Below are positions 11,792 through 24,555 of a DNA stretch of 64,000 nucleotides, in pieces. Each line of letters begins with the position of its first letter. Positions within the stretch are counted from its first letter, which is position 1. The stretch covers positions 114,018,001-114,082,000 of the forward strand of contig OZ024740.1 in assembly GCA_964016885.1 (NCBI GenBank), given 5' to 3'. This DNA comes from Eledone cirrhosa. Lineage: Eukaryota. A program made the position numbers and the translations under genes. The notes below the pieces were generated by a model. That model ran no database searches and had not been told where the DNA came from. It saw only the letters and a list, made by a program, of their open reading frames with translations.

Positions 11792-14750
11792 TGCAGCACC
11801 ACTAACAAACGGAAGAGAGGCCGGGACTGTTTGGGGTGTGGCTGCTTCCACCACCTCACCTGCGTTGCCTTGACTCGTCGAGCTTCCAATGCGCTTGCAG
11901 CGTGGAGGTGCAGGAGCTGCCTCTTCTACATGTCTTCTCAGCTACAGCCCTCTGGCACACTACCATCTGGGACAGCGACCTTGCCAGGCGCCCAATCCTT
12001 GCTGGTCAACATCGCTCGGCTCAGGCGGCTCCGGAAGTTCCTACTCAGGATCCTGAGAGCCGCACGGGTGCCGGTAGCCGATGCCCTCGATTCCTCGATT
12101 GAGAGCGCGCTGGACTCCAATCTAGCCAGTGACTGGGAGCGGCTGTTCTTTTTCGCCCCACTCGCCCTTGGCCTACCCAGCTCTGGCGCTGACCGGGGCG
12201 GCCGGTAAACAGCAGCCTTCGTAAAGGCCAATGTCTCCTCCTTTGGGCGAGCGCCCATTTCAAGCGTGCCCAGGGACGCCACACACCCCACCCTCAGGTA
12301 CCCCCTAAACTCCACCCCCGAGGCCAGCGGCAAGCGATTGCGTGACCAGGTAAACGCCAAGCTTATCATGGGTGATATCTCGGCCGCAGTCAGAGTTGTT
12401 GCTTCAGAGGACACTGTCCTCCAACCCACCGAGGAGGTGCTGGCTGCTCTGTGACTCAAACACCCTGAGACACCCACTGATCTCAGACCTATAATTCCAC
12501 CCGACTCCACTTTCTCCTTGTGGCTTCTGATGCAGACATCATGACTGTCATCAGGTCCATTCCCAGCTAGCAGCTGCGGAGGTGTTGATGGTCTCCGACC
12601 AGGCCACCTCAAGGAGTTGATATCCCCCCCTATCCGTTGAGGCCGGGCAGCACCTTCTGAGTACAATTGTGGCGCTCACCAATAGGCTCATCCATGGCGC
12701 CCTGGACCCTTACGCCAGAGGCCTCTTTTTTCGGCCACCCTCACCGCTCTCAGGAAGAAAGAGGGTGGCATACGCCCCATTGTTGTGGGTAATGTCTTAC
12801 AGAGGCTGGCTGCCAAGGTGATCTGCATGTCCGTAACACACGAACTGGGTGAGGAGTTTAGTCCGATGCAACTGTGTTTCGGCGTGTCCGGTGGCTGTCA
12901 GGGGGCCGCTAATGCAACCAGGCAGTTCTTCAACAGCTGCCCTACGGAACCGGCATCCAGGGACTCCAGGCACCTCATAGTCAAGCTTGACATGAGGAAT
13001 GCCTTCAACTCTTTACGCCGGGATAATCTGCTCGAGGTCTGCCTCAGCCGAGCCCCCTCAGTATATCCGCTGGCCTACCTGTCGTATGGAGCCCCGTGCA
13101 TGCTCCTTGCTGCTGATACGGTCATACCCTCGGCTACTGGGGTCCAACAGGGCGACATTTTGGGATCCCTACTGTTCGCCCTTGATATTGACCACATCGC
13201 CCGGAGTATCACGGCTCCTCTCAGCGTTTGGTATCTGGATGATGCTACGTCGGTCGGGCCCGTACGCACGGTCTGCCATGACCTTCAATCGGTGGTTCCT
13301 TCCCTGGCGGCAATCGGCCTCCAGGTCTACTCGGCCAAGTCGGAGGTGGTCAATGTCAGCCTCGATGCTGCGAGCTTTGCAGCCTCCGTCTTGGACGTGC
13401 GGTCCATTCTCCGCCAGGTTCAGGTGACCCCCAAAGAGGATGTCCTCATCCTCGGGTCACCGATCCACCCGCCGGCCATCTGCTCCAACGTCAGGTGCAG
13501 GCTTCAAAAGCTCCAGACTCTCACGAGCCGACAGGGCTTGATTGACGGCCACCCAGCTCTCTTTATGCTGAGGAACTGCTTCGCCAAGCCGAAGCTCCTC
13601 TAATCACTCAGCAGCGCTCCGTGCTACACACAGACATCTCTCCTCGCTGACCTCGATACTTCTATCCGAGCAGCAGCCGAGGAGATATGCAACGTCAAGT
13701 TTGACGACATAGGGTGGCAACAGGCCACTTTACCTGTAGGTATGGCGGCGTTGGCCTCCGCTACCCGATCTCACTAACTTTTCCGGCGTATCTTTAGTCG
13801 GTAACCTCGTCCCGCGTCCTCGTCAGTAGGGTTTTTCAAAACACAACAGAAACCTGTGTTCAAAGAACTTGAGGCCGCCTGTGAGACGTTGGACCGGCTG
13901 GGACTCAGCCCAGTAGACGTCTCCCTCCTTCTTTCTCTGTTGACGTCAAGGCCCCCAACGCACTTGGGATGCCATCCAGTGCAGCCTGGCCTCAGACAGG
14001 CTCACGCGCCAGCTCGACCAGCACCATCTTGCTTGTTTTCGTGCGGCCTCCAAACCCAACAGTGGTTCCTGGCTCCATGCCCCGCCCTCCTTCTCCACTG
14101 GCACGCAGCTAGACAACCATAACCTGCGCATCGTCGTTTCCCTGAGGCTCGGCCTCCGGATCTGCCAGCCACACCAATGTCGCTGCGGTTCCACCATGGA
14201 CTCTTTCGGCCTCTACCCGCTTTCCTGTCGCCACAGTGTCGGCTGCATTCCACGCCATGCTTCCCTCAACGAAGTCATTAAGCATGGCTTGGAAGCTGCA
14301 GGCTTCCCTTCCCAGCTCGAGCCGGTGGCGCTGGATCGAGGGGAAGGCAAAAGGCCAGATGGCATGACCGTCTTCCCGTTCCGCGGTGGAAAACCCCTCG
14401 TCTGGGATGCTACTTGCACCGACATTTTCTGCAGCCGCAACCTGGTGCAGTTTGGCTGAGGGGGCCAAACACCTCAAATACTGGTCGCTCTCTAACAGGT
14501 TTGCGGTCGTACCCCTGGCTGTGGAGAATTCTGGTGTCATCGGCCCCTTACTCACCACGATAGGCGCTGAGCTGTCCCGCCGCAGGTCTGAGTCCCGCGA
14601 GTTGGAGTGGCTTTTCCAGCGCGTCTCCCTTGCTGTACTCCGGGGAAACGCCTTCTCCATTCTGTCCGCCGGGGCTGTGGGTGGGCCCCATCGTGTCCCG
14701 TTTTAGTTGATCCTCATATATATGTTTCCACAAAGTTTTATAATAAACAT
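11792..14750 (+). mobile_element. CRE-clade non-LTR retrotransposon (RT plus restriction-like endonuclease), disrupted
   Basis: N-terminal Cys/His cluster CLGCGCFHHLTC...WRCRSC; RT motifs GGIRPIVVG, KLDMRNAFNS, GVQQGD, WYLDD; CRC..PLSC, RHASLN, KRPDG, WDATCTD, PLAVENSG, WLFQRVSLAVLRGNA. GC-rich island ending near aataaa at ~14742. Confidence 0.9.
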
Positions 14751-14907
14751 TTCAAACACTTATAATCGCATATAATTCTGAATGATAAATCTCTGCTGAA
14801 TGAAAGTGAAGTTTTATTGTTTACTAACCAAAGTCTATTTCTATACAGTAGTACATGTTATATGTTGTATCTATGTGTATATATGTGTTTATGTTCTTTA
14901 TATGATA

Positions 14908-14985
14908 TACAAGGGCCAGACGAAAAGTTCATAGGTTGACCAAGATACTCTTATGGAATGACCAAATGACGTTTATTTTTTATAA
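14908..14985. mobile_element. Tc1/mariner-type terminal fragment
   Basis: ta-caagggccagacgaaaagttcatagg... has the form of a mariner TIR after TA; no partner TIR seen. Confidence 0.35.
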
Positions 14986-15147
14986 TCCCTGGAAGGAAAC
15001 AATGTAGTTAATAAGAAGAGTTGAACTTAAGACATGCAAGGTTTCATACCGTTAGCAAACGTCTTTCATAGTAGGCGTAAACTGAACAAATAAATGTGCA
15101 TTGAGCTTAATTCATCTTACCAATAGTGAACTATTACACTATTACCT

Positions 15148-15261
<114 letters not shown>

Positions 15262-15748
15262 TGTATACACGTCTGCATATGTAAGCATAATTTTATTTCT
15301 TTACTCCATCTTGATGAGGTCATCAATCTTCGGCTCATCTGAACCAACACTTGCAAATAGAAAACCTCGGATTAGCCAAAGAATGAATCATCAGTACCGA
15401 TATGCACGTATATAATTGTGCGTGCGCGCGCGTGTATGTGTTTAGACAAAATTACATAATTATATGTCTTAATGAACCTAAAAACTCACCCGTTGCCGAA
15501 AATTAGATACGAATTTAGTATTTGGCGCATATTCAAATACTACCATAAATGCTAACATATATGATTTTGTACATCTCTCTCTCTCTCTCTCTCTTTATAT
15601 ATATATATATATATATACACACACAAACACACACACACACATATATATATGTATATATATAGGCACATGCATAGCTATATTTATTTTCAAACTGCACGTG
15701 AGCGTGTATCGCTCTCTATGCTAGTCTTTAAAACCTCTCCAATCGCGA

Positions 15749-15839
<91 letters not shown>

Positions 15840-16049
15840 TTTACGTGTCGAGAAAGAGAGAAAAAGGAGGGATAGGTGATACATATAGTTATTTGCCAAG
15901 TAGCGTATGCCAAAGGTGCTCGATACTAGTGCCGGCAGTATTAAATATTCGAAGTGTTAATATTTAGTGGGCTACAGAGTTAGCAGAGCGTAAGCACGTG
16001 GGAAAGTGAAAAATCGGAGAATAGACCGTTAAAACATGTTTATTTAAAA

Positions 16050-16096
16050 TATCACCTACGTACGTTTCGCCCAGTTGGGCTTCTCAAGGGCATAAA
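16050..16096 (-). ncRNA. Minimal hammerhead-like motif in pLTR (U3-A8 variant); inverted copy at 18335-18380 (+)
   Basis: ccc-TTGAGAA-gccc aact gggc-GAA-acgtacgt-A-gg: 4-bp stem II, palindromic stem III, GUA triplet, followed by aataaa. Confidence 0.6.
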
Positions 16097-16345
16097 CAAT
16101 CACAAGTGTTCCTTATATAGTTCGGAAAGAGTTTTGGGGGTTAAATCCACATCAAGATTCATTGCTCGCAAAAATATCTTGTTTTGATTTTGCAGCAGGT
16201 CAAGGGAGGTAACTCTGGCCGGTGTTAGGGCAGTCTTTCCTGGATAATTTTTTTTTTTTTTTTTTTTTCTGAGGCTGGGTCTGGTATGCAAGGATTGTTT
16301 TCTGGGTGTTATTTTGCTGCGCCTGCCCGCCGGGAGATCCAGTGA

Positions 16346-17245
16346 TCACTCTTCATTCTTAACCCATCTAAAGAAGGATATTTTTAAGCGATGTGTACAA
16401 CTTATCGGTGTTTCAGCTCTGCTGTTGATGAGCTCGTGGGGTGCAGTTATGATGTGGTAGAGCTCCATGAGGCAAAGATCGCATTTCCTCTTGAAGTTGT
16501 ACGGTGCAGCCCTGCCGACAATCTCCCAGTGCGTGGAGAAGCTAATGTTTAAGTCCTTTAGTGATGTGATGTAGTCCGCGAGCGAGGTGGAGTGCCTTAG
16601 TTTTCTATTAGTGAAAGAGTGGAGATGTGTTCGAAACCTAATTTTGAACAGGCCGGAGGTGGCCCCTATATAATGTTTAACGCTATTGTGGCTAGTAATA
16701 GTGCATCTATATATAACCCTATCGGTCAAGCAGTATCCTCTAAGGGGGCATCGTCCTCTGTCGCGGCAGTTGCAATTTCTGTCGCGGTTCCGTCTATTTC
16801 CCACGATAAGGCTATCATTATTGCTGCCTACGTTGCTAGCTGCGCTACCGCAGCTGTCGTTAGCACAATTACAACCCACAGCACGCGGGATGGTGCGATT
16901 GTTATTCCGCACGCCATGTTCTGGATGTTCCCCAGTCACTTCGCGGTCATTCTGGTTGCGTCTGCGGATGCCGTTGCCAACACTATTGGATGCTGTCAGG
17001 GAGTTGTTAAGGCCGATACAGTTATTGTCAGGTGTAGGTGCGTCTGCGTCGAGGTGCTGTGTCTTGGTGATCTTACTGTGGTTCGTTGTTCCTATGATGT
17101 CTGCTAGGTTAGGAGTAGTAGAGAAGGATATTTTTATATTGTTCCTATTGAGAATTTTTCTATACCTATGGTTGGGTGGGAAGTTCTTCTCTAAGGCTTC
17201 GAAGAATATCCGGGGTATGTTGGAGGCCACACTTCGAGAGTAGGG
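16346..17245 (-). CDS. Penelope-like linker plus GIY-YIG endonuclease (continuation after a 1-nt frameshift)
   Basis: PPYSRSVASNI, CNCRDRGRCPLRGYCL, VIYRC...YIGATSGLFKIRFRTH, CDLCLME, NSRAE..CTH. Confidence 0.9.
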   Translation of the reverse strand, partial: PYSRSVASNIPRIFFEALEKNFPPNHRYRKILNRNNIKISFSTTPNLADIIGTTNHSKITKTQHLDADAPTPDNNCIGLNNSLTASNSVGNGIRRRNQNDREVTGEHPEHGVRNNNRTIPRAVGCNCANDSCGSAASNVGSNNDSLIVGNRRNRDRNCNCRDRGRCPLRGYCLTDRVIYRCTITSHNSVKHYIGATSGLFKIRFRTHLHSFTNRKLRHSTSLADYITSLKDLNISFSTHWEIVGRAAPYNFKRKCDLCLMELYHIITAPHELINSRAETPISCTHRLKISFFRWVKNEE

Positions 17246-18311
17246 GGGTGGAACCATAGGACGTTACGGTGGCGATTACGTGTCCTTGTACTTTTGCTAC
17301 GGGTGGTTCCATCTAAGTGATCGCTCTTATGTGTGTTAATGCGCTGTCGCCCGTTCGGTGCCCCTTTCACTTTATGCTCGGGTGCACTCTTTCTACCACT
17401 TCCATGTTTATGTACACGAAGATGTTGGTTGGAAGGCGTTGGTAGTAGGCCGTCGCCTTTGTTGGTTTTGTAATAGGGGAATAGTTTGAGTAATCTACAG
17501 TATTCACCGTCGCCGGGGACGTGATCTTTGGTGCGGTTATCTATTCTATTACATCCGACTTTAACGAGGTCGCCGCGTGATCGGTTATAGGTATGGCTTA
17601 CTATAAGGTTAGTTTTATGAGGGGGGTGGTTTCTAGAGCTAGCGTTAGGGATGTAGGAAATTCCTCGGTTAAAGCCGGCGCTTATCAGGGCCCTATTGTA
17701 GTAATCAGCCGCTTGGTTGAAGATATCCTCATTGGCGGATAGCCTCGAGATTCTATGTGAGATACTATAGACTATGGAGTTGAGAGTCTGCTTAGGGTGG
17801 CTGGAGGCATAATTAATATAAGAGAGGCACTCTCCAGGCTTATGGTATGGCTTGTATAAGCCCGTACTCAACTCCAGGGTCACGTCCAGGAAGTTGACAA
17901 CCCTGTGGTTGAGGTCCATAGTTACGGATAGGCCGTATGACTTAAAGAACCTGTGTATATGTTTGTTAAGGTTCTCTATCCTACGGGGGCTATGGTTCCT
18001 AACGGTAAACAGGGCGTCGTCCCTATATACACCTCCTTGTAGGGCCGGTATTTCTTCCCTAAGCTTATGTAGGAGGTATATCCCAACCAGGTCAGTTGCT
18101 TGCGCTGAGTCGCTGGACCCCATCGTGACATCGAAGTTATCAGGACGGTTGGTTCTGGTCCAGTGGGAGCCTTCGAACTGGATAATGGTTCTACGTGCCG
18201 CTAGAATTATGTCTATTTCTTTTTTGGTGAGGCTAGTGTTAGATCTAGCTAAGATAAGTGCCTTATTTAAGAGTATGGGGGAGATAGAGGCGTAGTAGCT
18301 ATCTATATCAA
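17191..18311 (-). CDS. Penelope-like reverse transcriptase (partial)
   Basis: FDIDSYYASI, MGSSDSAQATDL, YRDDA, VNFLDVTL, YKPYHKP, SSHP...SISHRISRLS; runs into WFHPP at a C6 tract where the frame shifts. Confidence 0.9.
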
Positions 18312-18435
18312 ATATAAGGAACACTTGTGATTGTTTATGCCCTTGAGAAGCCCAACTGGGCGAAACGTACGTAGGTGATATTTTAAATAAACATGTTTTA
18401 ACGGTCTATTCTCCGATTTTTCACTTTCCCACGTG

Positions 18436-18492
<57 letters not shown>

Positions 18493-19457
18493 ATATGTTC
18501 AATCGGTTGAGCAGTATCAACCAAATGTAGACCTGGTTACGATGTTCACGTGTGAGACTCGTGAAGTCCAGTCTTCTATCCTACGTTTTACATTATAAAA
18601 TAATGAATACAACACTTCAATCTTATCACTAAACATAATATCAGAGGGAATATATGTTTATATATATCAACACCGGCTTCTAACAACAAAAATGGAAGAA
18701 ATGATATTAGGAAAGATAGCTAAAATAAGGGCACCTTGAAAAAAAAAGATTATCGTTCGTTCATCCACATAATGTAAGCAAAATTATCCCTCACTCTTTT
18801 GTTACTTGTAAATAAGAGTGAATGAACAATGAACTAACATCAATATTTGCCTTTATTATAATTTCTTTACCATTGTTTTAGTCTGTACATTATATTATTC
18901 AGACTGTAAATCACGTATATTATTATTTTTTACTTCTGACAAAATGAATGAACGGGGTAATATCTACATCGTTCAGATTGCTTCAAATTCCTACATTACA
19001 AATAAAAGAACACATATATAAATATAATCGTATATTTATACATATTTTAACGTAAGGTAAGCCTGACTATAATACATGCTGTGTAATAGCTGGAAATAAT
19101 ATACATCTGTTAAGGTGGCTGAGATGTCATAGCAAACTATGAATTGAAATAATGAGACAATTTTTAAAGTATTGTAATAATATTATATGTGTTTCGTTTC
19201 ATCATGAATACTTTCTGGGTTTTAAGTAATTTCTAAATTTGATATGATTACAATGCTTTCAAAATTGCGTAGATGGCACTTTCCATATTTCCCGGTCCCC
19301 CGTCGTATTTATAGAGACGGCCAGTTATTATAGTCATTTACGTTGGGAAAACTACAATTAATATTCCAAATATTCCCTAGGCTTTGCAACTGGTTGTTTA
19401 TACAAACACATGCACACGCACAAATACACACACACACACACACACACACAGATATAA

Positions 19458-19515
<58 letters not shown>

Positions 19516-19879
19516 TTGCGTGTATGTGTGTATGTGTATGTGTATGTATGTGTGCGTATCAGTATGTATGTATGCATGTGCTTATTTACTTATTTAGAGA
19601 AATGAGGTCATATATGCATCTCTGCATGTGTTCTCGTATATTTTAAATTATATATATTATGTATATTATGTTTTGTAGCAAAACATATTGTAATAGACCT
19701 GAGTGTTAGCAGTGCGATGAAGTGGATGCTTATAAAGAAATAAAGAACTGTACATCACTAGTCCGTTAGTCTCTGACAATATATGAGCACTTTACTATAC
19801 ATGTATATAGTCTTAATGAGACATAAATATTACGCTGAGGAATTAGATATTTAGTATATACCATATATACACGCACACA

Positions 19880-19950
<71 letters not shown>

Positions 19951-20588
19951 GTATATGCATATATATATATATATATGTGTGTCTATATATATATATTTAC
20001 ATACATATGTTAGTTTTCTGAACTACGTCTAACTCTAATGACTACCACACACTCATACGTACAGAGAAAACGTTTTATAGCCGTTAAATTTTAGAGTGAC
20101 AATTATATTAAAACTGTTATTAAAATAATAATGTGGAACATTAACTTGCGAAAAGCAAATATTCACTAAAGAGAATAGATAGAAGATTGTTGACAACGTA
20201 AACATAATTATAAAACCATTAGACAATTTATAGAGGAAAATGGAGTCGGGAATACATCAGAGAATTAATATTTCACGACATTTTATACAACTCATAAGAC
20301 ATCTAAAAAAGTGACGAAAGAAATTATACAATTCATTTGTTTTTCTGTGTTAAGAGGTGGGATGAGATGGAACGATAATATGCCAGTATGATAAATGGAC
20401 ATTTTAATAAGAAGAGAATCGGATTGAGAATGAAAAACACAAAAACAAGTGATATTGAAACACTGATGTATCTTATATATATATATATATATACATATGT
20501 GTATGTATGTACAGTATTCAGACATACACATATATATAATATATATATATATATATATGTATGTATATATATATATATATATACATAC

Positions 20589-20679
<91 letters not shown>

Positions 20680-20702
20680 TATATACACATATATATATAT
20701 AC

Positions 20703-20755
<53 letters not shown>

Positions 20756-21809
20756 TTACATACTTACATATACATATATATATATATTAGATAGAGAACG
20801 CACGAGGGAGTTGAAGAGAGTGAGATTATAACAAATTATAGATGCTATCAAATATTTAATAGAGTAAACATTCTCAAATTAGGGAAGTCCATTTTCTCAT
20901 AGAAACATTGGAGTCCTAATGGAGTTAAATTGCAGTCCTCATTTATTAAATTTATAGTTTTAAATGTTGATATTAATGGATTATCGCAAGAGACATATCA
21001 ATTTCCAAATTTACATAAAATTAGTAATGACTGCCATAAAAATGCAATTTATAATTGTTAAATGTAAACAAATTTAAATGTTTCCCCATACTTAAATGTT
21101 ATAATTAACATTAATAATCTGTTTTCTTCTTTCTCGAAAATGTACAAAATAACGTTTCACAGATATAAAGAATTAACACAGAACCCAGTACGTAATCACA
21201 TGATGTGCCGGAACTAGCAACAAAGTGCTCCACATATCTCACGCTAGTAGTATCTTTAAAGAAAGTGTAATGTACTGTAACAGTTATATATCACCTAACA
21301 CGTCGCAATGACTGAGCCTAAAATGCAATTCATCACAAGTCTGCTCTATCAGAATTAACCTGGATAGCTAAACAGCGAAATAAAAATAAATATTTTAACA
21401 AAAAGACTAATTACTCATATTTTAATGGTTGTTTCGAGTTACGAAAGAATACATCCTTCCATTGTATATTAGTTCGTTAAGTCTGTCTCTACTCCATCAA
21501 GTGAGAGCTTATCCTGGTTTTATCCCGGTTTTATTTAAGCCTATCCTCTGAAGTGAACAACAGTCCATCGCAGCTTTAATCTCCAGCTATTACTAGTGAT
21601 ATTCGTATTTTCAAGATGAATGGACTGGAGCAAAATCATATAAAGTGTCTTACTTTAGGACTCAACGAAGTCCTACGATCTAAGCTATTCCAACTGTGGT
21701 CATCCAATATTTTCCCTGCAAGTGGTGCAATTGTGTTCGCATGCGTCATGTTTATAGAAAGCAGGGTATTATTTAACAGGGATTTCATTTAAGAGTCATG
21801 TGTAGAGTA

Positions 21810-21955
21810 ATAAGGCGTAATTGACATTCGGATAGAATGCTTTTCGGTATTCGTCCCACATCATTGCGCGCTCTGAGTTCAAATCCCGTCGTGGTCAACT
21901 TTGCCATTCATCCGTTCGAGGTCGATAAAATATCAGTCAAGTATTGGGGTCAATT
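21810..21955 (+). mobile_element. tRNA-derived SINE, diverged
   Basis: gagttcaaatcccg...aactttgccattcatccgttcgaggtcgataaaa. Confidence 0.75.
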
Positions 21956-22174
21956 CTTCCTCAATAGAAAACATCGGCTGTGTTCAGACCTGGAGGGGGT
22001 TGGGCTCCACCAGGTTTAAAGGTGCATTAGACACATTGTATAATGGTGCCGCTACGACTCCACAAGGAGTTATAGGATCTTTATCCTATCTTTATCCCGT
22101 AATGAGTAATATGATACATACAAAAATACACAGAGAATTACCTAAATCTATACAAGTTGCTAATGCTATACAAA

Positions 22175-22540
22175 GGCGCAAGCATGGATAAGCGGTTAAG
22201 AAGTTCGCTTCACAACCACCTTTTCAAGTTCAGTACTACGACACGCCATCTTTAGCAAATGTGCATTTTTAGGGGCGCAGGTTGGGCAATGCCTTGTGAG
22301 TGAAATGTGGTAATTCAGTACATGGAAACAACGCAGAAAACCGTCGTAAATATATATATATGTATTCATTCGTGTTTTTGGCCCGAACAGCGGTTCGACG
22401 AAACGACACGGATACAAAAGTACAATACATGAAATATAAATGCTGGGATCGATACGATTGATTAAAATTCTTCAACATGGTGTCACAGCACGGCCACAAT
22501 CTACTGACTGAAACTAGTAAAATAATATAATGATAAAAGA
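22175..22540 (+). mobile_element. CORE-like tRNA SINE, diverged
   Basis: ggttaagaagttcgcttcacaaccac...gccttgtgagtgaaat...accgtcgtaaatata...cagcacggccaca...actgaaactagtaaaa. Confidence 0.65.
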
Positions 22541-23279
22541 ACGTTCACAATATTACTACTAGATTCTTGTAACATCTAATTATTTATAATAATATAAGGT
22601 GACGAATTAACAAAATGGCTAGAGTATGGGTTAGAATAGCTTGCGAAATTCGTTCTGGAGCTCTCGCTGTCTTACATTCTCTTTCAAACAAAATAAAAAT
22701 AACAGGTATTTTTAGACATGGAGAGGGAGGGGCTCTGCCATAAATGAATGTATAAGACTCTATCAAGCCCATAGATGGATGATTAAAATGTGGAATATAT
22801 TAATAATGTTGAGTATTTAAATCGACTTCATCTCTCGCGCTCATGATTTGCGCTTTAACGAAGAATTTTTAGTATTAGGGAAGATCAGATAAAAGTACAT
22901 ATCATCGCACAACCTTACTTCCGTTTCAGTGAATTAAGGTCGATAAAGTTAATTCAGTGCACATTGGGGCATAACAGAACAGGTAGAAACAAGTTATGCC
23001 TTTAGGCAAATTACACAAATAAAGAGTGCGCAAGGGTTTAGCCAAAGAAGAAAAAATATAGAAAGGAGAGAAATAGTAAAATAGAAGAGAATAAAGACTG
23101 CAGGCAAGCGTGCAGACAAAGGACACAGAGGCGTAGAATAGGTAAAAAGCGAGAATAGAGAAAAACAGGCCCGGTTGTGATATCTATCATATGATAATTT
23201 CAAAAAGGCCCGCATGACCAAGTCTTTAGAATATAGGGACGCATAGGACAAAACAATGGACAAAAAACATCGGAAAGAC

Positions 23280-23666
23280 GGACAGAATAAGAACTATAGG
23301 CCAACATGTAGACTATATACTGTAAATTGTTAGTGCCCCACGGCTGAAATGACGTGAGCTCAGCCGTGGGGCACTAACAATTTACAGTATATAGTCTGCA
23401 TGTTGGCCTATAGTTCTTACTCTGTCCGGCTGAGCTCACGTCGTTTCAGCGGTGAGGTATTAACTACTCGCCGTCCAAACAACTTGAGCTCTGCTGACGT
23501 TCACTAACTAGTCGAAAGTAGTAACTCCCAACATTTCTCTCCCTCCCCCTCTCTCTCTTTTTCGTTCATTGAGTATATATATATATATTCAATGAACGAA
23601 AGAGAGAGAGATGGGTGGGGGTGGGGGGATGTTGGGAGTTACTACTTTCGACTAGTTAGTGAACGT
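23280..23666. repeat. Two adjacent long inverted repeats (23280-23427 and 23497-23666)
   Basis: Near-perfect ~65-bp arms around aatgacgtgagc; the second IR is centred on (TA)n. Confidence 0.9.
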
Positions 23667-24362
23667 AGTATATGTATAGTTATTTGTAAATCGATTTTAA
23701 AGACCTTTCTTAATGAAAGGAGATAGAGCAGCGAATTATCTGATAATAATATAACTCGATATCAATGTATGATGACTATATTTAAAACCTGATATAACGT
23801 AGCACTGCAGTAATATCTCCTATTCAGTGTTCAGAAATATTTCCTACATTTTAATATTGAAATCAATGGATCTTTTCAACCATCAAAACCTAATCTTTAA
23901 TCCTACATATATGAATATATCTGAGATAGTTTCTCGTACGTTTGTTCCATATAGTATAATTTACGTAGATTTGGCGCATTTAGTGTGGATACATAACCTT
24001 ATAAACTACTTTGCTAACATTCGGACAAACATTATTCTAATTGACTATAGGTTTGTTCCACACATACAAAATGGACAATTTTGTTATTTTTATTGTCCGG
24101 ATAATAAGCATGGCAATCATTAAATAGATTAATGCATTACAAGGTTTTCGCTTGATTAGAATAATTACAATATATTTATGTGTCTTATATAAAACTTGGT
24201 ACTGGTTCCAATAGTAAATTGAATTTATGAATCCTAGTATCAGTACTTATTGCTTAATGCGGTTTTATGAGTTCTGTTATCGAAGCAGCTATGGGGTGGT
24301 CGAATATGCAAGCATTGAAGAATAGGTATTTGCGAATACATGATCCACACTGGCGCATACAT

Positions 24363-24555
24363 AGGCGGTGGATTAGCAGTATCGGTAGAGGGTCGGACGC
24401 CATGCCTTGCAGCAAAGAGTTACGGCCCTTTATGGTCTGAGTTCAAATCCCGCCGAGGTTAACTTTGCCTTTCATCCTTACGGGGTCGATAAAATAAAGT
24501 ACCAGTAATACACTGGGATAATTGCTGGCCTTGTGCCAAAAGTAGAAACAATTAT
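24363..24555 (+). mobile_element. tRNA-derived SINE (local young subfamily)
   Basis: A-box tagcagtatcgg, B-box gagttcaaatcc, body aactttgcctttcatccttacggggtcgataaaataaagtaccag, tail ggccttgtgccaaaagtagaaacaattatt. Confidence 0.9.

Larger units (their letters stand above)
15993..18437 (-). mobile_element. Penelope-like element (Naiad-type), 5'-truncated, bounded by 126-bp inverted pseudo-LTR copies
   Basis: Inverted repeats 15993-16118 and 18312-18437 enclose RT and GIY-YIG ORFs; the right end abuts (TA)n. Confidence 0.93.

Noticed and set aside
11938-12666. Long antisense ORFs over the CRE, PLE and Tx1 elements
   Set aside because: Shadow frames of GC-rich coding sequence with no motifs.
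22910-22970. Minus-strand stem-GAAAC-ggaa-GTA hammerhead-like half (similar cases at ~15030 and ~44800)
   Set aside because: No recognisable CUGANGA-type 5' core; at most decayed pLTR remnants.
24363-24460. A/B boxes as tRNA genes
   Set aside because: No cloverleaf, extended box spacing and a shared 3' body identify them as SINE heads.
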